A stretch of DNA of 64,000 bases from a virus: positions 5,960 to 69,959 of the IMG/VR virus record IMGVR_UViG_3300017991_003989, one strand, 5' to 3'. Position 1 is the first letter of the stretch; each line of letters starts with the position of its first letter. Both the position numbers and the translations under genes were made by a program. Positions 10,751-21,297 of this stretch are shown here, in pieces. The notes under the pieces are model-generated. The model made no database searches, was not told the origin of the DNA, and worked only from the letters and a program-made list of their open reading frames with translations.

Positions 10751-10989
10751 GTGATATGAGTGATAAAGAGCATTTAACTATTTTTGTTCCTGTAGATGAA
10801 AACGGTAAAGATGATAAAGACGGAAAGTTTTTACGTGGTCATAAGAAATTTGTCGATGGAACGAAACAAGAAACAGGCATCTTCAGACCAGTAGTTGAGG
10901 GTGAAGAATTTGATGAAAACGCTGAATATGCTGTAGTTTATAGATCGGCAGAGAATTTTGTGCCGTATAAGATTGTGAGGATAAAATGA
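10747..10989 (+). CDS. Hypothetical protein
   Basis: Coupled ORF in operon. Confidence 0.5.
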   Translation: MSDMSDKEHLTIFVPVDENGKDDKDGKFLRGHKKFVDGTKQETGIFRPVVEGEEFDENAEYAVVYRSAENFVPYKIVRIK

Positions 10990-11243
10990 ACCCCTGGATG
11001 ACGAATACATCGGGAAAAAAAGATGCTGTCTTGACGATGGCATTTATAGGTTTTATTTTGGTTGTCATTAAGGTTCTTCTTGCTGGCTCTACAATTATCT
11101 GGAATGGTGACACAATTAGTTTCGGCGAGATTGATGCGCCTACAATTGGTGCAATATTGACGCCAACTTTAGGTGCTTATTGTGCCAGGCGATTTACAGA
11201 TAAGAAGTATTTTAGTGAAAACAATGAAGAAAAAAGACCCTGA
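10986..11243 (+). CDS. Small membrane protein, possible holin
   Basis: Two hydrophobic segments and charged C-terminus; near spanin-like gene. Confidence 0.4.
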   Translation: MNPWMTNTSGKKDAVLTMAFIGFILVVIKVLLAGSTIIWNGDTISFGEIDAPTIGAILTPTLGAYCARRFTDKKYFSENNEEKRP

Positions 11244-11724
11244 ACGTTCTAGAAGAGCTAAAGAGTTTTGGAGCAGGCCTGGATATCGTAAGAAGATGTC
11301 TGTTGCGGCATCTAAAGGTAGTAAGAAACGATGGTCAAGACCTGAAGAAATTCAAAAATTTAGAAAATTAGTCGTTGAGCCGAGTGTAATCAGATATTTT
11401 ATGAACGGATATTCCGTTGATGAAAAGGGTGCATATAGTTATGTAAAGATGATTTGTGAGCAGCATAACATTTCACCTGAAAAGCTTGTTTTCTATTACG
11501 AAAGGTCAAATTTCGTTTGTGAGTGTTGTAGTAGAGAAGCCCCTCATTTTAAGATGAATGGAAGTAGGGGCACAAAGACAAAGCTGTGCGTTGACCATGA
11601 CCACGATACTGGTTTGGTGCGAGGCATATTATGTCATTCTTGTAATGTTGCGCTCGGACTTTTAGACCATGATTATATCTTGTGCGAGAAATTAGCAGAA
11701 TATCTTAAAAGAGAAGAGGAATAG
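11224..11724 (+). mobile_element. Endonuclease VII-family (His-Me finger) endonuclease, likely homing type
   Basis: CECC...LCVDHDHDTGLVRGILCHSCNVALG. Confidence 0.85.
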
Positions 11725-11727
11725 GGA

Positions 11728-12537
11728 ATGCTGGGCAAGCTTCACAAGTATCTGACTGTCGGGCTTGTCCTGGCACTGGTCGCAGCTTTAGGCTATGGAA
11801 GATACATAGAGAACCAGATGCAGGATGAGATGACGGTTCTCCACAATCAGATTGCGCAGCAGGCTGAGACGATAGAAGTCAAGGATGACATCTATAGAAA
11901 AGCGACACAGAGAATAGAGAACATTCAAGACTTTCTCAAATCGTTGGAAGCAGATAATGGGAAGTTCAAGAAGACGATAGATGAGCTTCGTAAAGAACTA
12001 AAGAAGCGAGATGAGGAGCTTCTCGCTGCAACTTCGTTGGCTGCAAAATGGAAGGAAGCTTACGAGGCTGAAGCGAACGCCAATCAGGAAGAGGAGCCAC
12101 CCGTGGTGCCTGGAGACCCTCCTAGGGTCCGCGTGAATTTCGACAAGGACTTCGGATATATCAGCGTTGATGGGTATACTTTGACGAACCCCGCATATGC
12201 GTGGGTGAAAGTGCAGCAGAACAGAGCGTTGAGGCTAATTCTGACGCTTTCTCAGAGAAAAGACGGTGGTTGGAACACGCATATCGCCTCAAGTGAGGAT
12301 AACGTGGGTGTCGATATTCAGCTTTCTGCCGTCAATCCGTATCTTTTTAGAGATAAGTGGTATGAGAAGTTATCAATTGATGTGGGCATGCAGCTAGATA
12401 CTGGCGTATTTCCATACGTTGGTCTTTCATATACATTTGATAGCGGCGTGTATGTCTCTGCAGGGGCTTGGGGGAGTGAGACGAAAATAGGACCATATGC
12501 GACGATAGGATATTCTTGGCGTCCGTTTGGAAGGTGA
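11728..12537 (+). CDS. Membrane-anchored coiled-coil protein with C-terminal beta strands, spanin-like
   Basis: N-terminal TM, long coiled coil, Pro hinge, alternating beta pattern ending IGPYATIGYSWRPF. Confidence 0.45.
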   Translation: MLGKLHKYLTVGLVLALVAALGYGRYIENQMQDEMTVLHNQIAQQAETIEVKDDIYRKATQRIENIQDFLKSLEADNGKFKKTIDELRKELKKRDEELLAATSLAAKWKEAYEAEANANQEEEPPVVPGDPPRVRVNFDKDFGYISVDGYTLTNPAYAWVKVQQNRALRLILTLSQRKDGGWNTHIASSEDNVGVDIQLSAVNPYLFRDKWYEKLSIDVGMQLDTGVFPYVGLSYTFDSGVYVSAGAWGSETKIGPYATIGYSWRPFGR

Positions 12538-12540
12538 TGC

Positions 12541-12849
12541 TTGCAGAAGTTTGATGGAGATATAGTGGTCTTGAACTTTAGGGATACATACCATGAAGTC
12601 GGAGATTACGAGTTCAAGATTATTTTGGATCCAAAGAGATTTAAGAATGGGCATCGTGCAACAATTAGAATGATGAATGCAGATAGAAAAGAGGTTAGCC
12701 TTGATGTGAACAGGTGGGGAAGGAAGATAAACTGTTTCTTCTCAATAAATGATGATGACCCAAGTGGAGTTTATGTCGTCAATTTTCGTATTAATGACGA
12801 TGATGGAAATGAAATAGATAAGACTTTTCATTGCTGGGTGATAAAATGA
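12541..12849 (+). CDS. Hypothetical protein
   Basis: ORF fills the gap in the operon. Confidence 0.5.
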   Translation: MQKFDGDIVVLNFRDTYHEVGDYEFKIILDPKRFKNGHRATIRMMNADRKEVSLDVNRWGRKINCFFSINDDDPSGVYVVNFRINDDDGNEIDKTFHCWVIK

Positions 12850-13061
12850 ACGAAAAAGATAGACAATCATTAGTCGTGCCGCTGTGTTGTCCAGTGTGCC
12901 AGACTGTGATGAGAGGAAGCAAGTCTAATATCACATATTACAATTGGAGCTGTTGTTCAAACTGTTTCATATATTTCGTAGAGGGCCGTGAGGAGAGATG
13001 GAGAAGTGGGTGGAGGCCATCTGAGAAGCTAATACAGGTGATGATAGACGAGCTTTACTAG
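12846..13061 (+). CDS. Small Cys-rich (zinc-finger-like) protein
   Basis: CPVC...CCSNC; ATGA overlap with the previous stop. Confidence 0.55.
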   Translation: MNEKDRQSLVVPLCCPVCQTVMRGSKSNITYYNWSCCSNCFIYFVEGREERWRSGWRPSEKLIQVMIDELY

Positions 13062-13104
13062 AGTATGGGTTCTAGTTTTTAAGTTCTATTTCGTGAAAAT
13101 GTAT

Positions 13105-13111
13105 CTAATTA
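13105..13111 (+). promoter_or_regulatory. TAnTTA candidate late promoter (CTAATTA)
   Basis: Intergenic, upstream of the terminase operon. Confidence 0.45.
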
Positions 13112-13147
13112 TGCATGTTCGATAACAGTCTCAGGAGATAAGCGGAC

Positions 13148-13549
13148 ATGCAGAAGCCAGAAGGATACGAAGTTCAGGGAACTCCCTATTTTCAAACAGA
13201 AGACCAGATTGCCCTGGTCAAGCAGATAGCCGAAGAGCTAATTCCCGCCAACCCAGGTTACGGATATATCGTAAAGTTTCAGGGCGGTAAAGATGTCGAC
13301 AAACATCAGATGGTCGTCGCATATCACTCATATGAGATGGACCTTCCATACAGGATGAAAGAGATAGAGAGCCTCGCGGAGACATGCCTCAAGGACTTTG
13401 AGAAGCACCTCAAGAAACAGTACAAATCTCGTGCAGGTAAGGCTCTGAAGATGAAAGAGCTTAAGGATCAGCGTGGAACTGTCACTGAAAAAGTGTCGAT
13501 GAACAATCGTTATTACTACAGGTCCATGCGCACATACCAGCTCTCCTAG
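13148..13549 (+). CDS. Hypothetical protein
   Basis: AGGAG SD; ORF directly before terminase. Confidence 0.6.
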   Translation: MQKPEGYEVQGTPYFQTEDQIALVKQIAEELIPANPGYGYIVKFQGGKDVDKHQMVVAYHSYEMDLPYRMKEIESLAETCLKDFEKHLKKQYKSRAGKALKMKELKDQRGTVTEKVSMNNRYYYRSMRTYQLS

Positions 13550-13563
13550 GGAGATGAGCTGGT

Positions 13564-15246
13564 ATGAACAAGAAGACAGTAAAAGCAGAAATAATCAGGT
13601 GCGGGCAAGACCCTGTCTATTTCATCCGTAATTACGTCAAAATTCAGCATCCCAAGCGCGGTTTGATACCTTTTGACCTCTATCCTTATCAAGAAGAGCT
13701 CATTAGGGCCTACCAAAAGAACCGTTTCAACGTAATTCTGAAGGCTCGTCAGCTCGGTATTTCCGAGGTGACCGCAGCTTATGCCACGTGGATGATACTC
13801 TTCCGTCGTGATAAGAACATCCTTGTCATGGCGACGAAGAAGGACACATCCAAGAACATCATTCGCAAAGTCGATACGGCCATCAAGAACCTCCCAAGTT
13901 GGCTCATGCTGGCGAAGGTCAAGAGGAACAACGTTTTCGATATCGAACTAACGACTGGTTCACGCATAAAGGCGATTTCGACGACGAGGGAAGCTGGGCG
14001 CTCGGAAGCGGTCTCATTTCTCATAATTGATGAGGCTGCTCACATTGACAATATGGAGGAAATCTGGACAGGCATCTTGCCGACGGTTCAGGCGGGCGGC
14101 TCCGTCTCCATGTTATCCACCCCGAAGGGCGTGGGAAATACGTTCCACAAGGTGTATGTCCAGGCAGAACAGGGAGAGAATGATTTCTTCTTGACGAAGC
14201 TCATGTGGTGGCTGCATCCCGAACGCGTCCTAAATGAGGAGGGATTGCCAGACCTCGAGGATGATCCGCTTAGGCCCGGTTTCAAGACTAGCTCATGGTT
14301 CCGCAAGGAGACGATGGGAATGGGCCCGAGAGATGTCGCTCAGGAACTTGAATGCAACTTCAATGCCTCGGGAGACAACTTCATTTCGGCAGATTACATG
14401 GAGTGGATTGAGAAGAATACGATGTTCGACCCGGAGAGCTATGAGAATTGGGACAGGGCTCTTCATGTGTGGAAGAAACCGGAAGCGGGAAGACAGTATT
14501 TCATATCTGCAGATGTAGCGAGGGGTGACGGAAAGGATAACTCTGCAGCACACGTGTGGGATATAAGCACGATGGAGCAAGTCGCGGAGTATTATGGCAA
14601 GGTTCCTCCCGATGATTTTGCTAATTTGGTGTGTCGGATGGGGAGAGAGTATAACGGAGCTCTGCTTGTAGTGGAGAACAACTCCATCGGTCTGGCATGC
14701 CTGGAGCATGTGAAGCTAGCAGAATATGAGAACGTGTATTACTCTAGCAAGGGGAATTTTAGCCCAGGAAAGTCCGTGAACACAGCATTTCAGATGCCGA
14801 GCATGAATGAGCTGGTTCCAGGCTTTACGACATCTCCAAGAACCAGACCGCTGATGCTGGCGAAGCTTGAGGAGTATGTTAGGACGAGAATGATAATCAT
14901 CAGGTCTCCTAGGCTTATGGGAGAGCTGAGGAAGTTCGTCTGGCACAACGGCAAGGCCGAGGCGATGAAGGGTTATAACGATGACCTCGTCATGGCTGCA
15001 GCCATAGGATGCTGGATTAGAGACACATTCTTGGGTTCTTCGATATTGAACGAGGAGCTCAGCAAGAAGATGCTGGACTGTACGTCATACAATAGGACGG
15101 AGAATGTGGATATTCCGGGAGCGACGAAGAACCCTGAATTTATCAAGAAGAACGAGCGCATCTCTCTGATGAAGAGAAATCCATATACAATGACGATGCC
15201 GAACGGTCAATTAATAGACATCGGATGGCTAATCAGCACAAAATGA
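13564..15246 (+). CDS. terL: Terminase large subunit (T4 gp17-like)
   Basis: QDPVYFIRNYV, LYPYQ, KARQLGIS, IIDEAAHI, STPKG, SADVARGDG, NDDLVMA. Confidence 0.95.
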   Translation: MNKKTVKAEIIRCGQDPVYFIRNYVKIQHPKRGLIPFDLYPYQEELIRAYQKNRFNVILKARQLGISEVTAAYATWMILFRRDKNILVMATKKDTSKNIIRKVDTAIKNLPSWLMLAKVKRNNVFDIELTTGSRIKAISTTREAGRSEAVSFLIIDEAAHIDNMEEIWTGILPTVQAGGSVSMLSTPKGVGNTFHKVYVQAEQGENDFFLTKLMWWLHPERVLNEEGLPDLEDDPLRPGFKTSSWFRKETMGMGPRDVAQELECNFNASGDNFISADYMEWIEKNTMFDPESYENWDRALHVWKKPEAGRQYFISADVARGDGKDNSAAHVWDISTMEQVAEYYGKVPPDDFANLVCRMGREYNGALLVVENNSIGLACLEHVKLAEYENVYYSSKGNFSPGKSVNTAFQMPSMNELVPGFTTSPRTRPLMLAKLEEYVRTRMIIIRSPRLMGELRKFVWHNGKAEAMKGYNDDLVMAAAIGCWIRDTFLGSSILNEELSKKMLDCTSYNRTENVDIPGATKNPEFIKKNERISLMKRNPYTMTMPNGQLIDIGWLISTK

Positions 15247-15265
15247 TGTTTCACGCGAGGTTCCT

Positions 15266-15272
15266 ATATTTA
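15266..15272 (+). promoter_or_regulatory. TAnTTA candidate late promoter (ATATTTA)
   Basis: Intergenic, upstream of portal. Confidence 0.5.
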
Positions 15273-15303
15273 AAGGATAGGGTATCTTGGGAAAGTTGAT
15301 ATC

Positions 15304-17214
15304 ATGTCGCCAATTATGAAGAAAAAGGAAAGCATCTGGTCACAGCTAACAAGGTTGTTTAAGAACGGCCCTATCGTTAGGCATAAGGTTGCCAGCAGCT
15401 CGAAGATGTATGAGCCCCAGGGGACTGCTCGGGCATATAAGAAAGAACTGAGCAGTCTTTACGTGAATAGTCTTGCCAGTTATGGCCAGTATGAGAGGCT
15501 GGCCAGGTATGGAGATTATTCAGAAATGGAATATACTCCTGAACTGTCTGCAGCCCTTGACATCTACGCCGATGAGACGACGTCGGTCGATGAGAAGGGT
15601 CACATGTTGCAGATTGAGAGCGACAATGATGCCGTCAAGGGCATCCTTGAGACGCTCTTCTTCGATATTCTGAACATCGAGTTCAATCTGCATTCATGGG
15701 TGAGAAATCTCTGTAAATACGGCGACTTTGTGATGTTCGTCGATGCATCAGAGCACAACGGCATCCTGAACCTCCTTCCCATTCCCATCAATGAGATTGA
15801 ACGCGAGGAGGGATACGACAAGGAGAACCCGTTTGCATTCCGCTTCAGGTGGCTGACGCAGGGAAACATGATACTTGAGGCGTGGCAGATAATCCACTTC
15901 AGGCTCCTCGGCAACGATAACTTCATGCCATACGGTTCTTCCGTGGTGGAGCCCGCCAGACGCATCTGGCGCCAGCTCATTCTCATCGAGGATGCAATGC
16001 TCATCTATCGCATCGTCAGGTCTCCTGAGCGACGTGTGTTTCGCATCGAGATCGGCATGGTTAAACCTGAAGACGTTGATACTGAGATGGAGCAGGTGAA
16101 GACGAGGCTGAAGCGTTCGCAGATAATCGATAGCACGACGGGAAGAGTTGACCTGAGATACAACCCACTCAGCGTGGATGAAGATTATTTCATTCCCGTT
16201 AGGAATGGTCACGGTTCAGAGATTGACACTCTCCCCGGCGGCCAATTCACGGGCGATATTGAGGACGTCGAATACATCCAGAACAAGCTGTTCGCGGCGC
16301 TGAAAATTCCTAAGGCATATCTCGGATACGAGGGCGATGTGGGCTCCAAGGCGACGTTGGCCCAGGAGGATGTGAGGTTCTCAAGGACTATCCAACGCAT
16401 TCAGAAAATTGTCCTCTCGGAATTATCGAAGATTGCTATCATTCATCTTTATCTACTGGGATATAGAGATAGCGAGCTCGTTGATTTTGACATCAAGATG
16501 GCAAACCCATCTACAATCGCCGAACAGCAGAAGCTTGAGCTGTGGAGGCTAAAGTTGGAGATTGCTGGGACTGCGCAAGAGGGCATGTTAGATAAGGAGA
16601 CAATCTGGAAAGATGTCTTCGGATTTTCAGAGGATAAAATTACCGAAGTTCTCGATGGACAGCGTGCTGATAAATTGTTTGAGCTTGAACTTGAGGGAAT
16701 GCAGCTTCCTGACGATGGCGGAGTTGAGGGTGAAGAGCCTGCAGCCGGTGAGGAGGAGCTTCCGGATACATTAGGTGGAGAACCTGGTGGTGAGGAACCT
16801 GAAGGCGGTGAAGAGGAGCTAACTGCCGGTGTCGATACGGATAAACAGTTTGATCAGGATGATACGGAGCTTTCGAAATACGTGCGTCCATCTCTTTTAA
16901 ATGACGATGAAGAGATTGATGAAGATGACGAGGAGATTGAAGAAAAGAAAAATTACGGTAGTGAAGGCGACCAGGCAGAGCTATCTGTTGATAAGGGTAA
17001 GGACCTATTCGACCCCGTTGAAGACCTTTCCACGACGGTGTTCGGAACTGAGAAACAGACTGCTAGCGACCCTGGCGATGCAAGATACATGAGAAGTTTA
17101 GTGACACGACCATTCTCTGAGGGTGATGCTGTCGCTAATTACGTGAGAGAAAAGGTCGAGAGAAGTCAACGCTTAGAAGATAAACTTAAGAAATTGAAAA
17201 TTCTAAAAAGCTAA
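15304..17214 (+). CDS. Portal protein (T4 gp20-like) with acidic C-terminal tail
   Basis: IEDAMLIYRIVRSPERRVF, EDYFIP, EIDTLPGG, DIEDVEYIQNKLFAALKIP. Confidence 0.95.
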   Translation: MSPIMKKKESIWSQLTRLFKNGPIVRHKVASSSKMYEPQGTARAYKKELSSLYVNSLASYGQYERLARYGDYSEMEYTPELSAALDIYADETTSVDEKGHMLQIESDNDAVKGILETLFFDILNIEFNLHSWVRNLCKYGDFVMFVDASEHNGILNLLPIPINEIEREEGYDKENPFAFRFRWLTQGNMILEAWQIIHFRLLGNDNFMPYGSSVVEPARRIWRQLILIEDAMLIYRIVRSPERRVFRIEIGMVKPEDVDTEMEQVKTRLKRSQIIDSTTGRVDLRYNPLSVDEDYFIPVRNGHGSEIDTLPGGQFTGDIEDVEYIQNKLFAALKIPKAYLGYEGDVGSKATLAQEDVRFSRTIQRIQKIVLSELSKIAIIHLYLLGYRDSELVDFDIKMANPSTIAEQQKLELWRLKLEIAGTAQEGMLDKETIWKDVFGFSEDKITEVLDGQRADKLFELELEGMQLPDDGGVEGEEPAAGEEELPDTLGGEPGGEEPEGGEEELTAGVDTDKQFDQDDTELSKYVRPSLLNDDEEIDEDDEEIEEKKNYGSEGDQAELSVDKGKDLFDPVEDLSTTVFGTEKQTASDPGDARYMRSLVTRPFSEGDAVANYVREKVERSQRLEDKLKKLKILKS

Positions 17215-17260
17215 GATAGTTTGCTGCAAAATGCAGTGACATGATTGCTAGACAGAGGAG

Positions 17261-18118
17261 ATGCGAAATATGTCCTTTAAACACAATAAGAAAAGAAACG
17301 GAGCTCTTGTATATGAGTTCTTAATTCGCAAGCTTTCAGAGGCGGCGATTGAAGAGAATAAGAAAGACTACGAAAAGTCTCTCTCCTTGCTGAGAAAATA
17401 TTACTCTTCTGGGCAACTGCTGACGGAAGAGAAGCAGATATTTGACGTTATTCTAGGAACGAATGGCGTGAGTAGGGGCGTGGCGAGGGGAATAGTAGAT
17501 GAGGTCGTGTCAGCTGCACGTCAGCTTGACCATAAGAGAGTAGATATAAAGAAGAGCAATCTCATCAAGGAAATCAATCATTCTTTTGGTAAGAATTTCT
17601 TCAGTGACTATAAGTTGGATGACTATAGAGTTTATGCCTCAGTGCAGCTTCTTATCAATGGTTGCTCTCCGAAGAAGACAATCGTTGAGAGTGCACAACG
17701 CGTTCAGTTAGAGGAGGCCTTGGTCGAATATATGACGAAGCCTGTAATCACTGAGGAGACGTCATCGGAGAATGATGACCTCGTTTACGTTCTTGCAATG
17801 AAGAAGTTCAATGAAAAATATCAGAGCTCTTTGAATGAAGCACAGAGGACGGTATTGAGAAGTTACGTTGAGGCATCCATGTCTTCTACTCAGGAGAACA
17901 AGGATAAGCTTGTGGACGTTCTTAAGGAAGAGAAAAAGAGAGTTATCGGCATAATTGACGGTTCATTCATGACGAAGGAAATTGCCGAAGATGAAAAGAT
18001 GAGGGAGCGTTTGGTGGAGGCGAAGAAGACGCTTTCATCGATGGGCGTCTCGACGAGCGCAGCTGGAGTGGAAGAGATGATGCTCTTTTCTAAGCTTGCG
18101 GAGGAGATTTCGTCATGA
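17261..18118 (+). CDS. Head-region hypothetical protein (helical)
   Basis: FKHNKKRNGALVYEFLIR N-terminus; lies between portal and protease. Confidence 0.6.
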   Translation: MRNMSFKHNKKRNGALVYEFLIRKLSEAAIEENKKDYEKSLSLLRKYYSSGQLLTEEKQIFDVILGTNGVSRGVARGIVDEVVSAARQLDHKRVDIKKSNLIKEINHSFGKNFFSDYKLDDYRVYASVQLLINGCSPKKTIVESAQRVQLEEALVEYMTKPVITEETSSENDDLVYVLAMKKFNEKYQSSLNEAQRTVLRSYVEASMSSTQENKDKLVDVLKEEKKRVIGIIDGSFMTKEIAEDEKMRERLVEAKKTLSSMGVSTSAAGVEEMMLFSKLAEEISS

Positions 18119-19287
18119 ACAAAGTAAATGAGATGGGATGTGCAAGCGGAGCGGGAATGCAGCTTCCAATTGGAATGAAAAGGAAGAAGAAAAAGATAAA
18201 GGAGATGCTGGAGATGAACCCAGACATCTCTATCGATGAGGTTATCTCGTATTTCACAGGCCTCAATGAAGATGAAGCTAGTCAATTTGAGGTCGATTTA
18301 GAGACTGGCGAATTCGAGAAAGTCGCTGAGATGGTGCGTCTGGGCATGGTTGAGAAGATGCTTAGACCCGTCATTCGACAGAAGGTTCGAGAGATAGTTA
18401 GGAAAAAAGAGGGCGGCGGCGGATACACATTGTATGCTCCAAATCCTGGGAAGGGAAAGGAAGCGAAGGGCGTCGGAGATTTTCCGACTAAGCTTGGAGC
18501 GAAGGCCGCTGAGCTTTCGCGTTTTCCGCCGAAGGACCCCGCTCTTCTACAAAAGAAGAGGAAAGAGATAGATAGGCTTCGTAAGGACCCAAAGAAAGCT
18601 GCAGAGAAGGAAAAGTCTTGGGGTAAAGCGCAGAAGAAGCAGCCGAAACATAAGAAGGCAAAGAAACGCACGAAGAAGGAGATGGTGAGCTACATCTCTG
18701 ATCTCGTCGTCGAGAGCTTGTTCCGTGAGGAGAAGAAGGGAAGTGATTGGGACGAATACATCTCGAAGCTCTCTAAACAGGCGGTGCTGGGCGACAAGAA
18801 GTTTCAGTCTTTCCAGAAGGTCATCGAGAAGAAGACGATGGATGTCATGAAGAGTTCATTGAAGGCGCTAAAGAGCGCGTTGGGCGGGGCATCGTTCGAG
18901 GTGAAGGAGCGTGGCATCAATAAAGATGAAGACAGGGGCATCACGTATCTCGAGTTCTTCATCGGCGATAAGGAGGGAACAGCGGAGGCCGGTCCTTTTT
19001 ACGTCGTGGTCGAGGGTGGTTATCCAAAGATGGAGATACCGCAGGAGGCGAAGGCGTCGCTAACGAAGATAGACCCCGAGAGGGGAAAGCTTCTCAGGGC
19101 TGAGCTCATCACCGTGCAGGAGCAGGTCCTCGACAAGGACAACACGGTGGCCGATGCGGTGAAAAAGAGGGATGACTACCTCAATAAGATGGAGGCAAAG
19201 CTCGACAAGATTGTCTCGGGCCTCTCTTCGCTCGAAATCACGGTCCTCAAGAGGCTCATGGTTTCGAAGTATAGGAAAATATCATAA
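18115..19287 (+). CDS. Hypothetical protein, possible internal head protein
   Basis: Highly charged; several L/I-x-E motifs. Confidence 0.55.
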   Translation: MNKVNEMGCASGAGMQLPIGMKRKKKKIKEMLEMNPDISIDEVISYFTGLNEDEASQFEVDLETGEFEKVAEMVRLGMVEKMLRPVIRQKVREIVRKKEGGGGYTLYAPNPGKGKEAKGVGDFPTKLGAKAAELSRFPPKDPALLQKKRKEIDRLRKDPKKAAEKEKSWGKAQKKQPKHKKAKKRTKKEMVSYISDLVVESLFREEKKGSDWDEYISKLSKQAVLGDKKFQSFQKVIEKKTMDVMKSSLKALKSALGGASFEVKERGINKDEDRGITYLEFFIGDKEGTAEAGPFYVVVEGGYPKMEIPQEAKASLTKIDPERGKLLRAELITVQEQVLDKDNTVADAVKKRDDYLNKMEAKLDKIVSGLSSLEITVLKRLMVSKYRKIS

Positions 19288-19880
19288 TGAAAAAGCAACT
19301 TCTACGAGAGTGGGTGGCTCTCGAATACACGACAGACATGATTAAGGAGAGCAGAGAACAGAATGACGGCAAAATCATCGTTTCTGCAGTCCTACAGAAA
19401 GCGCATACGAAGAACCAGAATGGTCGCGTTTATCCCAATGAGCTCCTTCAGAGGGAGGTGATGAACTATGAGAAGGTAGTTCGGGAAAACAGGGCTCTCG
19501 GCGAGCTTGACCATCCGGAGACCTCGACCGTCGCTCTTGACCGCGCGTCCCACATCGTCAGGGAGATATTCTGGCAGGGAGACACCGTCAAGGGGATGGT
19601 CGAGGTTCTCAATACTCCCAAGGGAAAAGTGCTTCAGGAGCTGCTTGAGAGCGGTGTCCGCATCGGCATGTCATCCAGGGGAGTGGGCAGCACTGAGAAA
19701 AATGAGAGCAGCGGGACAGATATCGTGCAAGACGACTACCAGCTCATCTGCTTTGATGCTGTCAGTGAGCCTTCCACTCCCGGCGCATTTATGAATGAGA
19801 GCGTTGAGCTGGATGGTAGGAAGCTGTTCGGCAAGGCCGACCGCATTTGGCGTGCTTTGAACGATATTAAGATGAAGTAA
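19287..19880 (+). CDS. Prohead core protease (T4 gp21-like)
   Basis: KNQNGRVYP, ALGELDHP, ASH, GMSSRGVGS, FDAVSEPSTPGAF. Confidence 0.95.
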   Translation: MKKQLLREWVALEYTTDMIKESREQNDGKIIVSAVLQKAHTKNQNGRVYPNELLQREVMNYEKVVRENRALGELDHPETSTVALDRASHIVREIFWQGDTVKGMVEVLNTPKGKVLQELLESGVRIGMSSRGVGSTEKNESSGTDIVQDDYQLICFDAVSEPSTPGAFMNESVELDGRKLFGKADRIWRALNDIKMK

Positions 19881-19885
19881 GAAAG

Positions 19886-20401
19886 GTGATGACGATGAAG
19901 AAGACAGATGTAGTGGAGATGATTAGGGCAATCGTCGCTGAAGAGGTGCGAAAGCAACTTCCTGGTGTCGTGTCTGAGATGTATCTGCGCAAGCTCGTCT
20001 CCGAGGCGGCGCAACCGCCGAGAAGGGAGCTCAGCTTCGAGGAAGCATACGAGGAAGAAATGCAGAGCGTTCCACAACCTCTGAGGAATTCCGATGAGGG
20101 CATCTACCAGAAGGGTCCTATAACCAGAAAGAATGAAGTCGTCAGCAGATTGATGTCACAGGACAATCCGATGTCACACCTTTACGAGGGCGTGTCACCG
20201 ATAGATCCGAACACTCCCGCCGGAAATGTGCCGCAGACGAACATTCCGTTGAATGCGATACCGGGTATGCAGAATTTCAGCAAGTTCATGAAACCAAATA
20301 CCAGCGGTCCCATGCCTAATACTCCCTCTTCTGAGGAGAGAAGACTTGCAGCGATGCGCAGCAAGCTTGATGAAGTCGTGATAGATACGACAAAGAAGTG
20401 A
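19886..20401 (+). CDS. Hypothetical protein
   Basis: MKKTDVVEMIRAIVAEEV amphipathic leader. Confidence 0.6.
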   Translation: MMTMKKTDVVEMIRAIVAEEVRKQLPGVVSEMYLRKLVSEAAQPPRRELSFEEAYEEEMQSVPQPLRNSDEGIYQKGPITRKNEVVSRLMSQDNPMSHLYEGVSPIDPNTPAGNVPQTNIPLNAIPGMQNFSKFMKPNTSGPMPNTPSSEERRLAAMRSKLDEVVIDTTKK

Positions 20402-20411
20402 GGAAAGAAAA

Positions 20412-21296
20412 ATGGCGTCGCTTCTAGAGACATTCTACGGCACTGGAACATTCCAGCGACCCGACGGCTCCGGCATTCGCGGGCAGGGCGTTGTGCGAAA
20501 GGCTCAGCAGTCCGGCGGCGACGATTATCCTTATGACAAGCCACGTGGCAAGTGGGGAGAGCCGCACCCATACTCTCGTGATAGCAAGGGTGGAAGTTTG
20601 GGGAAGAACACAATGACGCCGAAGAAAGTTCCACCCGGTGATGACAGATGGGATGACGACTTGGATGAGATAAAGATTGATGGATGGCAGAGCGGAACTC
20701 CTGCTGATGGTAACATCGTAAAGAACCCTCCGAGAGACGGCAGCAAGTTCGGCATCGACGGCGATGATGGAATGGGCGAAGCAACGGGAGTGCCGTTTAA
20801 CGTCGCTAAGGGAAATCAGGGGACGGGAGCGAGTGGAGGAAGGACCATGCCGGGCACCGGCGGAAGCTGGAGTGCCGGGCCTGTCGGTGACCAATGGGAC
20901 GACCGCATGGATCCTGATAAGCTTGAGGATGAGGGTGACGTCGAGGAGACCACCAACGGGCTTGCGATGCGAACGAACAACATGTATCGTTATCGTCCGC
21001 CGAATAAACCGGGAGAACGGGATGATGAGGAAGAACAAGTCAGAAATATGCTCTCTTTTCACATTCCAGATGACGATGAGACTAGGGATGATGTAGGCTG
21101 GGCAGCGGTCAAAAAACATGGTGGAGCGGCTTTCGGGACCCCAGGGCAAGCAACTAAATATTCACGCATGCAACCGGGTTTTACGTGGAAGGAAAGCATG
21201 CAGAGGGTGTTCGAAGTACGTTCATCGAGAGAAGGTATAAAACCAGATTTCAGAGGTATTTACGAAAGGCGCGTCAGTCGCTGCGGAGAAAAATAA
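20412..21296 (+). CDS. Hypothetical Gly/Asp-rich disordered protein
   Basis: Low-complexity ORF with SD, in the head operon. Confidence 0.55.
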   Translation: MASLLETFYGTGTFQRPDGSGIRGQGVVRKAQQSGGDDYPYDKPRGKWGEPHPYSRDSKGGSLGKNTMTPKKVPPGDDRWDDDLDEIKIDGWQSGTPADGNIVKNPPRDGSKFGIDGDDGMGEATGVPFNVAKGNQGTGASGGRTMPGTGGSWSAGPVGDQWDDRMDPDKLEDEGDVEETTNGLAMRTNNMYRYRPPNKPGERDDEEEQVRNMLSFHIPDDDETRDDVGWAAVKKHGGAAFGTPGQATKYSRMQPGFTWKESMQRVFEVRSSREGIKPDFRGIYERRVSRCGEK

Positions 21297-21297
21297 G

